Part shown: positions 47,296 to 58,856 of the stretch, in pieces | How positions within the stretch are numbered: the first letter of the stretch is position 1 | Layout of the letters: each line of letters begins with the position of its first letter | From: Nitrososphaerales archaeon | Lineage (GTDB): Archaea > Thermoproteota > Nitrososphaeria > Nitrososphaerales > UBA213 | Reading direction: 5' to 3' | DNA: 64,000 bases | Assembly (NCBI GenBank): GCA_965197925.1 | Contig: CBDAOC010000019.1 | Location: forward strand, 288,001 to 352,000 | The notes under the pieces: generated by a model | What the model was told of the DNA's origin: nothing | What the model saw: only the letters and a program-made list of their open reading frames with translations | Databases searched by the model: none | Made by a program: the position numbers and the translations under genes

Positions 47296-47711
47296 AGCTT
47301 ATGATTGCTCATCACACTTAACATGATACTTTGACATCTGGGAGGATTTGTTATCATTGGTGAAGATTATTTAGACAAGACCCTAGCAATGCTGGGAAAT
47401 CAGGGGACGAAATGCAATTGAGTACCAGTGTTGAATAGACAAAACCTGATGTGTCAATTATTAAGTGTAAACACAGAGCGTAATTTAGTAAGCAGGAAAA
47501 GAATTGATAAGAAGGAATTAGCTATGTACAACTCAAAGGATGAACATTTACCGTTATTGTCTTTTCTTGAACATGATTGTAGATATATTTAACGGGTTTT
47601 CTCACTATCATCTTACGAGAATTTTAGAATCAAAGAAGATAAAATGCGTTAATTCTAAAGTCAATCACAATATCACAAATCAAGCGTTGTATCTACCTTG
47701 ATGTTGATTAA

Positions 47712-48753
47712 GAGCTTATCCGAAAATTAACATCATAGCCTAATTGTTTATACCGAAACAGATCTAGATCTGTCCTCTCTAGCTAAATTTGTGAGAAAAT
47801 CAAAGAAAAAGAGCATGCCGACCATATAGAACATACCAAATGATCTATGGGTAGAGTTCAAACTAGTGTTGCCACCAGAGAAACCAGCAAGAACAGTTGG
47901 AAGGCCAGCTGTACCATTTAGAAAAGTGTTGAATGGAATACTGTACGTATTAAGAACTGGATGCCAGTGGAAGAAGGTATCTAAAGAATTTGGTTCTGGC
48001 TCAACTTGCCATGCAAGATTTCAGGAATGGATTGGGATAGGAGTATTCAAGAAGGTATGGAAGAGGCTGCTGGAAATATATGATGAATTGAAGGGTATAG
48101 GATGGGACTGGCAATCCATGGATAGCGTACCGAAGGCCCCATTAGGGGGAAAACGACCGGAGCAAACCCAACGGATAGAGGCAAGCTAGGTACCAAACGT
48201 CACATGCTTGTTGATAGAAGAGGTATTCCTCTCTCATCTGTAATTACTGAAGCAAATAAACACGATATGAAATCAGCCTTTCCTACAATAGATAGCATTG
48301 TTGTTGATAGGCCCAAAGTTAAACAGAACATATGCATGAATAGGATATGATTTCCCTGAGATAGAGTATGGAGTTAGGAAGGGGATATGTGGATCACATT
48401 CGTCATAAGGGTGAAGTGTTGAAAAAGAATTTGTACAAAGCAAAGAGATGGGTTGTAGAAAGAACCGCATCTTGGCATAACAGGTTCAGAAAGTTATTGG
48501 TAAGGTTCGAGAAGAGAGAGGAAAATTATCAGGCGCTAGTAGAATTTGCTAACTGCCTAATAGTGTATAGAGCGATATATTGGTAGTGTCATAAACACGT
48601 TAATGCAACTGTTTCTAGTATCTACTATCTACAATACTAATAAAATCAATAGTAAGAAAACTAAACCCGACAGTTTGAACTAATATTCTTGCATTCTAAA
48701 TGTTATCATTTCTACCAATCATTAACTATCAGCTAGAATTTTAGGATAGGCTC
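47712..48753 (+). mobile_element. IS5 family (IS427-like) element D, defective
   Basis: TIRs GAGCTTATCCGAAAATT / AATTTTAGGATAGGCTC, TAA on both flanks; YVLRTGCQW, NPTDRGKLGTKRH, RWVVER; DKGYD motif disrupted. Confidence 0.9.
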
Positions 48754-48878
48754 TAAGACCAGAAAGAAACAAATTGTTGCTACCTACTAATTGTAATTAT
48801 GCCCAACCTACATAGTTTTAAATTAGACAATAATCAGACCATTAACATTTAAATTAGTTTCAACTGTCTCATTTTTCG

Positions 48879-49655
48879 ATGTCTAAAAATGTGAGGATTA
48901 TTTATAATATAACACAATTACCTGAGCTTGAGGAACCATTTCTTGTTTGTGGTTTACCTGGTAGCGGGTATGTAGGGAAGTTAGCAGTGGAACATCTTAT
49001 ACAAGAAGTTAAAGCAATATTACTTGCTGACATATACTCAAACTCATTTCCACCACAAGTTATGATCAAGAGTGACGGCACCGCTGATCTAATGAAAAAT
49101 GCAGTATATTATTGGAAGAATGATGGTAACCCTGATCTGCTTTTGCTCACTGGTGATTCACAGCCATCAACTCCTGAGGCCGAGTATAGATTAGGGAACG
49201 AGATTCTTGAACTTGCTGAAAAATTTCATGCCAAGACAGTCTTCACGCTAGCAGCATATATCACTGGAGTTTTTGTCGAAAAACCAAAGGTCTATGCAAC
49301 TGCAACAAGTGTATTTCACCTTCAAGAATTCAAGACCCGAGGGATTTCTGTAATGGATGGAGGTAGTATAACAGGTATGAATGGATTACTGATCGGGCTA
49401 GCTAAACTGAAGGGAATGAATGGTATATGTCTCCTTGGAGAAACATCTGGATACGTTGTTGATGCAAAAGCATCACAAGCGGTTTTAGAGGTATTGTTGG
49501 AGAAAGTAGGCATAACCATCGATATGAAAAACTTGGAGAAGAGAGCCAAAGATACAGAATTGTTAATTCAAACTTTAGAGCGACAAATGGGAACAAGTTC
49601 TCCAACTGAACAACAAACTAGATACCAAAGTAAGGATGTTGGTTATATTAGTTAA
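48879..49655 (+). CDS. PAC2-family proteasome assembly chaperone-like protein
   Basis: GLPGSGYVGKLA, GDSQP, ITGMNG, CLLGETSGY..D. Confidence 0.9.
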   Translation: MSKNVRIIYNITQLPELEEPFLVCGLPGSGYVGKLAVEHLIQEVKAILLADIYSNSFPPQVMIKSDGTADLMKNAVYYWKNDGNPDLLLLTGDSQPSTPEAEYRLGNEILELAEKFHAKTVFTLAAYITGVFVEKPKVYATATSVFHLQEFKTRGISVMDGGSITGMNGLLIGLAKLKGMNGICLLGETSGYVVDAKASQAVLEVLLEKVGITIDMKNLEKRAKDTELLIQTLERQMGTSSPTEQQTRYQSKDVGYIS

Positions 49656-49660
49656 AATTT

Positions 49661-49951
49661 TTATTCCAGAATGTTTAACTTGCCGTATTTCCCTATACTA
49701 ACCTGATTCTCTCCCCTAAAGCTTGTAGTATATCCATTCTCTATGCCAATCTTTGTACCTGCTTTGACTAATTCTATATGATCTTCCCATAACGACAGTT
49801 TAATTTTTCCACTATCATCTTCTATCATAACATCCGCAACTTTAGCAGTTCCCCCATCTCTCTTATTCACAGTTCTTGCTTCCGAAATGCTTACCACTGA
49901 CGCTTCAATGTTGACGCTTCTCATTCCACTCCTAAGTTCTGATATCTTCAT
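49661..49951 (-). CDS. ssb: Single OB-fold ssDNA-binding protein
   Basis: MKISEL, DDSGKIKLSLW, IENGY..SFRG, IGKYG. Confidence 0.88.
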   Translation of the reverse strand: MKISELRSGMRSVNIEASVVSISEARTVNKRDGGTAKVADVMIEDDSGKIKLSLWEDHIELVKAGTKIGIENGYTTSFRGENQVSIGKYGKLNILE

Positions 49952-49997
49952 AACACGGCTATAATTAGTTCAGCATAATAAAAGTTTCCATTTTCTT

Positions 49998-50117
49998 GTT
50001 GTGTCGAATAATCAACCAGAAGTTCGTGAATATTTCATAGAATATGATTTTGATCAGTTATTATTGATATGTGTGCCTGATAGGAACTGGCAAGGGTGTA
50101 ATGAAGCACTGGTAAAG
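49998..50117 (+). mobile_element. Isolated left end of the IS at 53283..54275
   Basis: ~95 bp nearly identical to the reverse complement of 54180-54275, including TIR GTTGTGTCGAATAAT. Confidence 0.85.
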
Positions 50118-50262
50118 TCTGAACGGTCACTCATCTATTTCCTGTTTAATATCCGAAGAGCATCTACCTAGTATGCTGAAATGGGTTTTTCCATCGGAGG
50201 CCATATCATTATATGAATTGAGTATTTGGCCCAGATACTCATCTCAATCTTCTTTTATCAAA

Positions 50263-50760
50263 CTAATTCTGAATTTTGCATTCGGAAGCAAGTCCTTTAA
50301 CAGTCAAATAATATGTAAATATCAAAATTCCTATAGAAATGATTCTCAAGGGAATTTCGTAGTGGGTAAGAAAGGCGGCGGCAATGGCTCCGTATACACC
50401 GAAACTTGATACTATCGCAAATCCAATCGAGCCACAACTACAGGCACCAGCACTGGCCCCAATTAGGGCTCCTAAGAAGCCTGAACTTCCCTTCCTTAGG
50501 CTTGTGCGTATTAACCTCATCCTATAAATGCTCATACAAATCACGAGTCCAGACAACGCAGAAACTACTACAATCAAGGAAAAACTCAGTATTGCTTCGT
50601 GTGGTACATAAAATACAATAAAAGGTGCTATAAAGAGATATTCTGAAACAATGCAAAGTGATACCAGCATGGCTACAAATATAGAGACGGCCAGCAGCAA
50701 GTATATTTGAATAGAAAAAATAAGCACTAAGATTTGTTTATTGCTGTACAACCAACGCAA
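50263..50760 (-). CDS. Four-TM membrane protein with GACSCG motif
   Basis: Hydrophobic helices; CxC within a Gly/Ala-rich helix. Confidence 0.75.
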   Translation of the reverse strand: MRWLYSNKQILVLIFSIQIYLLLAVSIFVAMLVSLCIVSEYLFIAPFIVFYVPHEAILSFSLIVVVSALSGLVICMSIYRMRLIRTSLRKGSSGFLGALIGASAGACSCGSIGFAIVSSFGVYGAIAAAFLTHYEIPLRIISIGILIFTYYLTVKGLASECKIQN

Positions 50761-51399
50761 TATTTAGTCAACTGCCTTTCAGAATACAAAACATGATTGA
50801 GATTTAACAATCCTTTCCAGGTTTCCAAGAGGTCCGACTAATAAATGTTTATGGTGCTCAACTCAATTTGTGTTACTTGTAGATTTGTTATAAGCCATTC
50901 TTTCAATAAAATTTCTTGAATCTAAGAATTTGTTGGATCCTTCTATATCATGACCGACTTAATTGTTTTAATGCATTTGGCCCAGTCAATCCATTTTGTA
51001 TATTTTCCTGACTGTCGTAGAAATTTCATAATATTACCAGGCGTCTTGTATGATCATCGGCACATTAGAAAGATTGTGAAGTAGATTCCCGGTCGGTGCC
51101 CAAAAATAAAGTCCTAGAAAATATAATTTGGTTTTACCCGTTTCTGTATAGAAAGTATTTTTTTGTTGGTTTTTCGTTGAAAAATCACAGGTGGATCTTG
51201 CATATAGAAAGACTTTAAACTCTTTAATTGTAGATGTGGTATTTATTGAACTTAACCAAGGAATCTATAGATGATTCAATACCCACAGTTGACCTGTTGA
51301 CTTTCGATGTTGTTCATGACATTAGTTTCCATTGTAAAGGCCCTGCCCTTTTTTAATTCCTACATGTGAACCATAATTTGATATGGTGATAATGAAAAC

Positions 51400-51830
51400 C
51401 CGAGGATCATGCATTTCGCTATACTCTTACTCTCTTCAAATATGATATGCTTGCATCCTAAATCCAGAGAATCCAATGTAGGTCTGTAACATACACCTTA
51501 ATCCACTAATATAATGGCTTATTTGTACAATATTGTAATATCTGTTTTAAGAATATCTGAGCTTCCAGACTACTCGTTAATGAAATCATATTCTCAGCAC
51601 TTTCTTGCTGACTACATCTCTGGCAACCTCATATGAACCCTCGTTCATTTGCCTAAATTGGTCTTTGTTTCACCAACAGCTAATTGTCTTCTATACATCT
51701 TATCTTGCACTGATGATTCCTTTCGAATTGTATTATATCATAGCCTTACTGATTCATACGAAAATCTACCAAATGATGATGTCTCCCTATATAATAATCC
51801 AGATTAGTGGATCAAGGTAACGATAATCAT
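51400..51830 (-). pseudogene. Highly decayed IS6-family transposase
   Basis: SYESVRL, RRQLAVGETK, SSLEAQIFLKQILQYCTNKP across frames; limits approximate. Confidence 0.6.
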
Positions 51831-52028
51831 GATGTTTGCAAGTATCTTGGTATGGTTTAATATTTTAGCCTCCATGGCTGTTTCTACAATTACATCAATA
51901 GTAATTACATATAGGATGAGGCGATAAATATGCAAAGAGGTAAAACAAACACTATCTTAGCAAATTCCTATCTTGTGATCATCATTTTGGGTACGAGTTA
52001 TATATTCTCACTCTTTTATGTGTGCAGT

Positions 52029-52127
52029 GCAGGGGTACCAAAGCCTGGTCAACTGGGCGGGACTCAAGATCTACAATGAGTGATCCCGTCTCTTAGGAGT
52101 TCGTGGGTTCAAATCCCACCCCCTGCA
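52029..52127 (+). tRNA. tRNA-Leu(CAA) with a 14-nt intron (52069-52082) at position 37/38
   Basis: Acceptor stem GCAGGGG/CCCCTGC, T-loop TTCAAAT, long variable arm, anticodon 52065-52067; BHB helix CTCA/TGAG with AGA and TGA bulges; CCA not encoded. Confidence 0.96.
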
Positions 52128-52330
52128 TACCTTGTTTATTTCTCTATGCTAAGTGCTAATAACTTGAATTGTATATTTTTATTAAGATTAAGCATCTTAC
52201 ATAACATAAAGAATAAAAAATAAAGAAGCTGTTGGAAAATCAGTAATTCCTTAATAGGGTGTATCATCATATATTGTTTTGGATATCTTAATTGAATATT
52301 AAAAAGGAGTTAATAACACCCAACAAATAA

Positions 52331-52954
52331 TTATTTTATTCTGATCAAGGTACTGAGACCACGTTTTTCAATACCGAAATTGTTTGTTACCTCCTCAGCG
52401 GTTATGGTTACAGAAATAATGTCAGTTAGTATGCATGAACTCGCATCAAGTATAATAAATTCATCCAATTCTTCTTTTGACTGAAAATCTATTTGATCTG
52501 CAATAACCGGTACATCACAAGAACCAAGGAGCTGGACAAATTGTTCTTTGGTGTAGTAAGCGACCTTTATGTTTCGGTCTTTGCGAGGCTTTGCTTTAAT
52601 ATCAAGGCGGATATTACCCGCTGGAGCATTTACATATCTTGACTGGTCTCCAACGAAGATAAAAAAGTCAAATGGATAACCCGCAGTATGTTCTGCCATT
52701 TTGTTTATACCATCGTCTTTTATAATGTCGACCTTCTTTATAGTATTACCAAACTTTCCTATCCATCCATTCGTAGTTTCTACAACTTTGTCTATTGAAT
52801 TTTTTCTTAAAACATTCTCTTCTTCTTTTAAATTGTATCTATCAACCCAAGCCTTGTAATCCAAACTTATATCTTCTATGAACTGAATACATGTTAATTT
52901 ATAATCATCAATACTAGTTGCCCTTTCAGACTCGAAATCTACACCGAACGACAT
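52331..52954 (-). CDS. Hypothetical protein
   Basis: 207-aa ATG-initiated ORF; no motif recognised. Confidence 0.65.
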   Translation of the reverse strand: MSFGVDFESERATSIDDYKLTCIQFIEDISLDYKAWVDRYNLKEEENVLRKNSIDKVVETTNGWIGKFGNTIKKVDIIKDDGINKMAEHTAGYPFDFFIFVGDQSRYVNAPAGNIRLDIKAKPRKDRNIKVAYYTKEQFVQLLGSCDVPVIADQIDFQSKEELDEFIILDASSCILTDIISVTITAEEVTNNFGIEKRGLSTLIRIK

Positions 52955-53282
52955 CGCAATTTAGCCCACCTCATTGCATAAAAAGCTGTAACATATTTCT
53001 TATTAGTATGCCATTGTTGAACTAGCGTTTTCTATTACACCTTAGCTAAAGTGATTAATTAATTCTCTTCAATGAGTTAGAAAAGATTAATCTAATCAAT
53101 AGGTAATGGATTGCTATAAATAGTGCTGAGACATGATTTTACCTAGAATTGTCATCACTTTGATGGGTTAGTTCCTTTTAGCAATTTATTATACCACCAA
53201 GTTATAGAATGGATCAAAGTATCGCATCAATCATCTATTATCTCATACTTCTAGGGCGTTTATTAGCACTCCATGAATATCC

Positions 53283-54275
53283 GCTATGTCGAATAATTAC
53301 CATATTATAGTAGTTATTCAAACCCTTTTGGATTGATTGCAATGAACATGTTGTATATGGATGCGTTTAGCATTAGTTTCTTTACCATATTCTTCCATCC
53401 TACTGCCTTTAAAAGCTCACCAAAAATACCTTGAATCCAGAGAAAACCGATGCTACAGCCCATCTGTGTCCATATTTATGATTCTTCTTCCATATATCAA
53501 GATTCCCCTTCTACTCTATTACTGATAGCTTACTGGGCCTTGGAACGAATCCCTTAGCTTTTAGCGATTCATTACTCCCCAACCTTTATCACTGGTTCAA
53601 CGCAGCTATTTGATAGAAACCTGAAGTTCCTTCTAGAATCATAAGCTCCATCTGCTATCACCTTGGTCACAATACTTTTCTTCAACACTTTTTAACATAG
53701 ATATCATCTTCTTGCTGTCAGGTACACGCCTAGTTACCCCCATACAACTATCTCTTTGCTTTCCTTACCCACAGCTGTATGCATCTTGATGAATCCCCTT
53801 GTATACCACTTCTTCCTTATCCATTCTCACTGTTTGCTACCTTTATACCAGAGGAATCTGCAGCAATTACAATAACATCCTCCTCTATAATTGATGGGTC
53901 TATCTTAACGTCTATCATCCCTACCTCTCATTCTATGCTTGTGAAGTCAGGTAGATTCAGTCACTTTACATGGTAACTTACTTCACCATTGTGAATCCTT
54001 CTAACTGCTTGTATGGTACCAGGTAACCAAGCATAACAGAAAGCATCGCTAGGAATGATTCTGGATACAGGAATGACGTGCCTACTTTACCTTCTTTCAT
54101 TCTCGCTAATTCGCCAGACCATGAATCTATGAAATCCATATCAAGAAGTATCTCCTCCTCGTACGAGTACAATATATCTTTGCCAGTTCCTATCAGGCAC
54201 ACATATCAATAATAACTGATCAAAATCATATTCTATGAAATACTCACGAACTTCTGGTTGATTATTCGACCCAGC
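53283..54275 (-). mobile_element. Degenerate IS5 family (IS903-like) element
   Basis: TIRs GCTATGTCGAATAAT / ATTATTCGACCCAGC; 9-bp flanks TGAATATCC / AGAATATCC; YPESF, IAADSSGIKV, ADGAYD fragments. Confidence 0.85.
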
Positions 54276-54310
54276 AGAATATCCAATAAATACTTAATAT
54301 ATGACGTTAA

Positions 54311-54799
54311 ATGATTAATATTTTTATGGTTTTAATACGATATCTGGATAGTTGCATTTTGGACTTGAACGAAATAAATGAAATATTCAGGAAGGGTATA
54401 ATCAAAATTTACTTTGAGCCAGAATTGCAGAGATTAGGTTATAGAAAATCGGATATCAAGCACCCAACTATCAGTTTTGATGGATTGGCAGCCAATAATT
54501 TCCTGCATATATACTTCGACATTAACACTGGTAGTGACTATCCTGATGGGGATGAATGGTTTATAGTTGAATATCTTTTCCCATATAGTGTTAAGCTGCT
54601 AGATAAGTTTAAGGGTCCAGATTATTTTACCACCATAGCCTCAGAAGACGGAAAAAATTTTTGGAGGCATAGAGAACTCATACGTTATAAATACGGCAAG
54701 TCCAAAAAGTTGTGTGGGGCACTAACTTTCATAGATAAAAAGTATAAAGAACTTTGCAGTTCGCTTGAAGAATCATCGGTTACCAGTAATTTGCCATGA
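54311..54799 (+). CDS. Hypothetical protein
   Basis: 162-aa ORF (GDEWFIVEY, FWRHRELIRYKYGK); start may be TTG 54359. Confidence 0.7.
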   Translation: MINIFMVLIRYLDSCILDLNEINEIFRKGIIKIYFEPELQRLGYRKSDIKHPTISFDGLAANNFLHIYFDINTGSDYPDGDEWFIVEYLFPYSVKLLDKFKGPDYFTTIASEDGKNFWRHRELIRYKYGKSKKLCGALTFIDKKYKELCSSLEESSVTSNLP

Positions 54800-55547
54800 T
54801 TAATCTTTAAATTCTTATCAAAAACAGTCATATTTTTATATTGAACCGTCATGATGCGCTGCCATATTACACATCCATTTAATTTTAATCATCAAAATCA
54901 GTGCGCCTTTCAATACAGGCCAGTAGTTTTGAGTCAATCATTACCATTATCTATACATCGAATAAAATTGGTATTGGATATATCAAATTTCTGATACGCT
55001 GGAAGTGGTGTTATCCAAATTTATTGATTTAGAGTATTTAAGATAATTGGCTAGCAAAGACACGCTAATACTAAAGAAGAAATAATGTTCTACATTTTCC
55101 AGTTGAAATATTTTCAAAGTACAAAGTGACATCGTAAAAATACTCGAATTAACTAAAACTATCTTTTAATACATCATATCGATTGGAACTAGATACCATT
55201 GACTATCCTTTAGATTCTACGACAATCATACATGAATTGTCACTTGATCCATATTGGTAAATTCTCTGCTTTCACTATAATCCTTCAAACAAATTCCAAT
55301 TTTGGTTCAAGTTTTCTTCTCCTTTCTTTGTTGTTATCCGAGTACAGGAGTTAGAATAATGTACGCTCTTTAGTAGTATAGAAAACTAAGTGTGATATTA
55401 ATTTGAACTAACTGATTCATCAGCAAGGGAGCATTAGTGGATGTTATTTCTCTAAAGAATCTATAGAGTATTTCAAGTATTATCACTAGAATAGATCAAT
55501 TTTTTAATATTTAAAACAGTGATCTCTGTTAGATTGATATAGTATAC

Positions 55548-55793
55548 GTGTATGAACATGAATTGATAAATTCAGATAATTCATGGCTCTATATCCCGAT
55601 ACTGAAAGACTGGAATGGAGTGGAAGAGGACAAGAAGGTAAGAATTATAATGAATGATATCTGCGTAATAGTGCCAGTGGGGATTGCTAATGGTACGGGA
55701 GAGTTACTGGTTTTAAAATTCCTTGAATCCATGATAGAAGGTAAGTTGATTGAATATGGAGATGTGCAGAAAGCACTGGAACATCTACTTTGA
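55548..55793 (+). CDS. Small hypothetical protein, possibly AbrB-like
   Basis: 81-aa ORF with SxxYIP..W.....KKVRI pattern; weak. Confidence 0.4.
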   Translation: MYEHELINSDNSWLYIPILKDWNGVEEDKKVRIIMNDICVIVPVGIANGTGELLVLKFLESMIEGKLIEYGDVQKALEHLL

Positions 55794-55832
55794 ACCATAA
55801 TTTATTCAATTTCATTCTCCACATAATTATTT

Positions 55833-56926
55833 GAGGCTTGGGCATAATTAAGCCGGTCGAAACGATAAGATCAGGTTCCAATTTTCATTGGTAATGTGTT
55901 TAGCTCAGACTCCATACTTCTTCGTATATTATTTTTGATTGACGTGATTCGGCCAAAACCTCTTAGGAAAAGGGGTAGACCATTCTACTATTCTCCTACA
56001 GTAATGGTGAGATGCTTCATCGTTAGAGTATGGATAAGAATACCAGGCAACAATGCTTTATATGAAACTTTTTGATAGACATGCCATACAACAGGAAGGT
56101 AATGAAGGCATGTGGTCTTGATAGGTTGCCAGACAGAAGAACATTCGACAGAAGGTCAAGGCCGTATCAATTGACATAAGATCAAGGATAGATGTTATGG
56201 GTATGCTCTTCATAAAAGATGGGTTGGTAGACCCAGCCATAGTATCCGTTGACAGTTCATTGTTGAAAGCAAAGGGACATGTATGGCATAGATCAAACAT
56301 GAAGAAGAATGAAGTGCCACGCTCCGGTATAGATACAGATGCTCGATGGGGCTACAGCAGAACCAAGGGATGGATATTAGGATACAAACTGCATCTAGCG
56401 TGTAGCACAGGTTCATTGATAGTTCCATTATCAGCTGATTTCACAACAGCTAACATTACTGATAACAAGATGTATGAAAGCATAACATCTTCATTGCCTA
56501 CAGGAATGGTAAGGTATGTTGTAGGAGATGAAGGATATGATGATCACAAGTTATGTGATTTCAGCAGGTATAGAGGGCATCCAGTATTCCCATTGGAAAG
56601 GTATAGGCATACTACAGATAATAATAGACTGGCATTGCTGCAGTTCTATAACTCTGAATATGGGCAGCATGTATATTCTCGGAGGAGCATAAGCGTTGAA
56701 CCATTGATAGAGTAGATAAAGGATGTATTTGATATAGACCCACTACCTGTTAGAGGGTTCGATAAAGCTAGGAGCATCGTTCTGATTTCTATATTGCTAT
56801 ACCAGCTGATGGTATACTACAACTACTTGACAGGAAGACCATTAAGGGCATTGAAGCACATGTTGGGAAGTTAATCAATCAGAGGCATCAAGTTATTTTT
56901 GTTATATGGAATAATGCCCATGCCTC
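55833..56926 (+). mobile_element. IS family A copy 4 (opposite orientation), defective
   Basis: TIRs GAGGCTTGGGCATAATT / AATAATGCCCATGCCTC; frameshifts and in-frame TAG at 56713. Confidence 0.93.
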
Positions 56927-57524
56927 AGTTAAGTAAAAAACTCATTTCTTATCAAACTTTGTAAAAATATTTTCTGAGATGATTCTCCACCGATCATCTT
57001 TACCTTTACTAAAATCAAGGTATCTACAATTCTTATTTTCAAGATTATCTAAGGATTAGTCAATACTTTAAGTGATGATACATTGGATAATATAATCGAA
57101 AGTATGGACAATGTTTTCTAACTATATCACTACACTTTGTCAAGAAGGAATTCTCAAAAAAATATATAGCGCAAATCTTTATCCTCACAGATACCCACGA
57201 CCAGTGTTTGTGTGCTCATGCTACCTAATTAGGCAAGTATTATTCTAATTACCACAGTATTCTGGGTTTGTAAATCTCAGAAAATAATAATGACTTATTC
57301 CTGCGTGATTCATCAGTTTTTTTACTCAATGTATAATGGCTTTTAGATTTGCCAAAATTTTAAATTGGTTAATTTACGTTTTCATATATATTAAAAAGTA
57401 CAAAAAAGATACAGCTTACCTAACACATGTAAATGAATTTGATCAGTGAGTTTTGCAATTGGTGGTAACAAAGTTTACCGAATATTAAATATTTATAAAT
57501 AGAGTATTGATACCAATATTGTTT

Positions 57525-57758
57525 ATGAAAGCTTATGTTGAAATAAAGGTAGAACCAGGAAGCAATATACTAAGTATTTTAAGCGTTATGAGGACTGTTG
57601 AGGGTGTAAGGGATTCCTATGCTGTTACGGGCCATACAGATCTAATTGCCTCAATTGAAGCTTCTAACCTCAAAGAGATCGCTGACATTGTGACTCAGAG
57701 GATTCATCCTATCAGAGGCATTACAAATACAGAAACGATGGTTTGTGTAGAGGACTAA
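57525..57758 (+). CDS. Stand-alone Lrp/AsnC ligand-binding (RAM) domain protein
   Basis: MKAYVEI, YAVTGHTDLIA, I.GI..TET; no HTH. Confidence 0.88.
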   Translation: MKAYVEIKVEPGSNILSILSVMRTVEGVRDSYAVTGHTDLIASIEASNLKEIADIVTQRIHPIRGITNTETMVCVED

Positions 57759-58574
57759 ACTACACTTTTTTTGTCCGGAAATTTATCATAATAATTCTTT
57801 GATTTTCTATCTTATCTTTATTAGCCTACCTATTGGAATTAAATTAGGAATGAATTTCTATTAAAACTGATTCACCACGACTATAGTAGTATAAATACCT
57901 CTGGTTTCAAGCCAAGGTATTAAGCTAGTTGACATATTTCTAAATAAATCTACTCTCATCCATTGTTATAAGTAAGGGGCAAGAAATTGATACTTTTCAA
58001 AAAAAGTAAATCACATTTACCATCATTTTCCAAAGTATAATTAATTCTATATTATCATGAATCCGCCATAGTAATTTAGGGCTTTGCACCTGATATGCCT
58101 TTATCACAATATGTGACATAACAATTGTAAACAGCCCCAGAGAATAGATAACGGAATAGGATGTTATGATAAGAATTCATCTAATGATATGTATCAAATA
58201 AAAGAGAGGGGGGTTGGAGAATTAGAAGAAGCAATTAATGAAACCTACTGAATTGTTTTGTATTGTTATTATCTCTTATAGGTATGAATTGGTCTGTTCC
58301 AGAAATTATTCATGCAAGCCACCTGTAATCATAACGTCATTATAACTTCAGTACAGTCATTAAAACTTCATAATAACGTGATAATAACGTGATAAAAGTC
58401 ATTTTAACAGACCACAACTTAATAGACCATCTTCTTGTCCAAATTACGATCTTTTGTAATGAGTGACATAAACGAGAAGAAAAGTACCATCATTATTATG
58501 AACAACATCCTCATTCACTTGGTTGGAATCCATTGGACTTAATTGAATTGTATCAATCGCCCAGCAAGTTCTTA

Positions 58575-58694
58575 ATTTATATACGGAGAGCTATTCAAAT
58601 TTATATACGGAGAGCTATTCAAATTTATATACGGAGAGCTATTCAAATTTATATACGGAGAGCTATTCAAATTTATATACGGAGAGCTATTCAA
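58575..58694. repeat. Perfect 24-bp tandem repeat x5, intergenic
   Basis: ATTTATATACGGAGAGCTATTCAA head-to-tail with no spacers. Confidence 0.97.
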
Positions 58695-58856
58695 TCTAAT
58701 AAAATATGCCATATTTATATAACATCATTAGTTGGATATGAAAATAAATGACCAAAAAAATCAAAGCTAGCAAGTTCACACCGACTTCTTACAGGTCAGC
58801 CAGTAAAAAGTATGCAAAGGCAGAGCGCTTTAGAATGAAAAGAAAGAAACGTTAGC

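Noticed and set aside
58575..58694. CRISPR array
   Set aside because: Units are contiguous with no spacers, and there are no cas genes in the window
58533..58751. 72-aa ORF with IYIRRAIQ repeats as a real protein
   Set aside because: Open mainly because the 24-bp unit lacks stops in that frame; TTG start and no other support
57760..58850. Replication origin
   Set aside because: Only a partial GTTCCAG and a separate G-run; no repeated ORB and no cdc6 nearby
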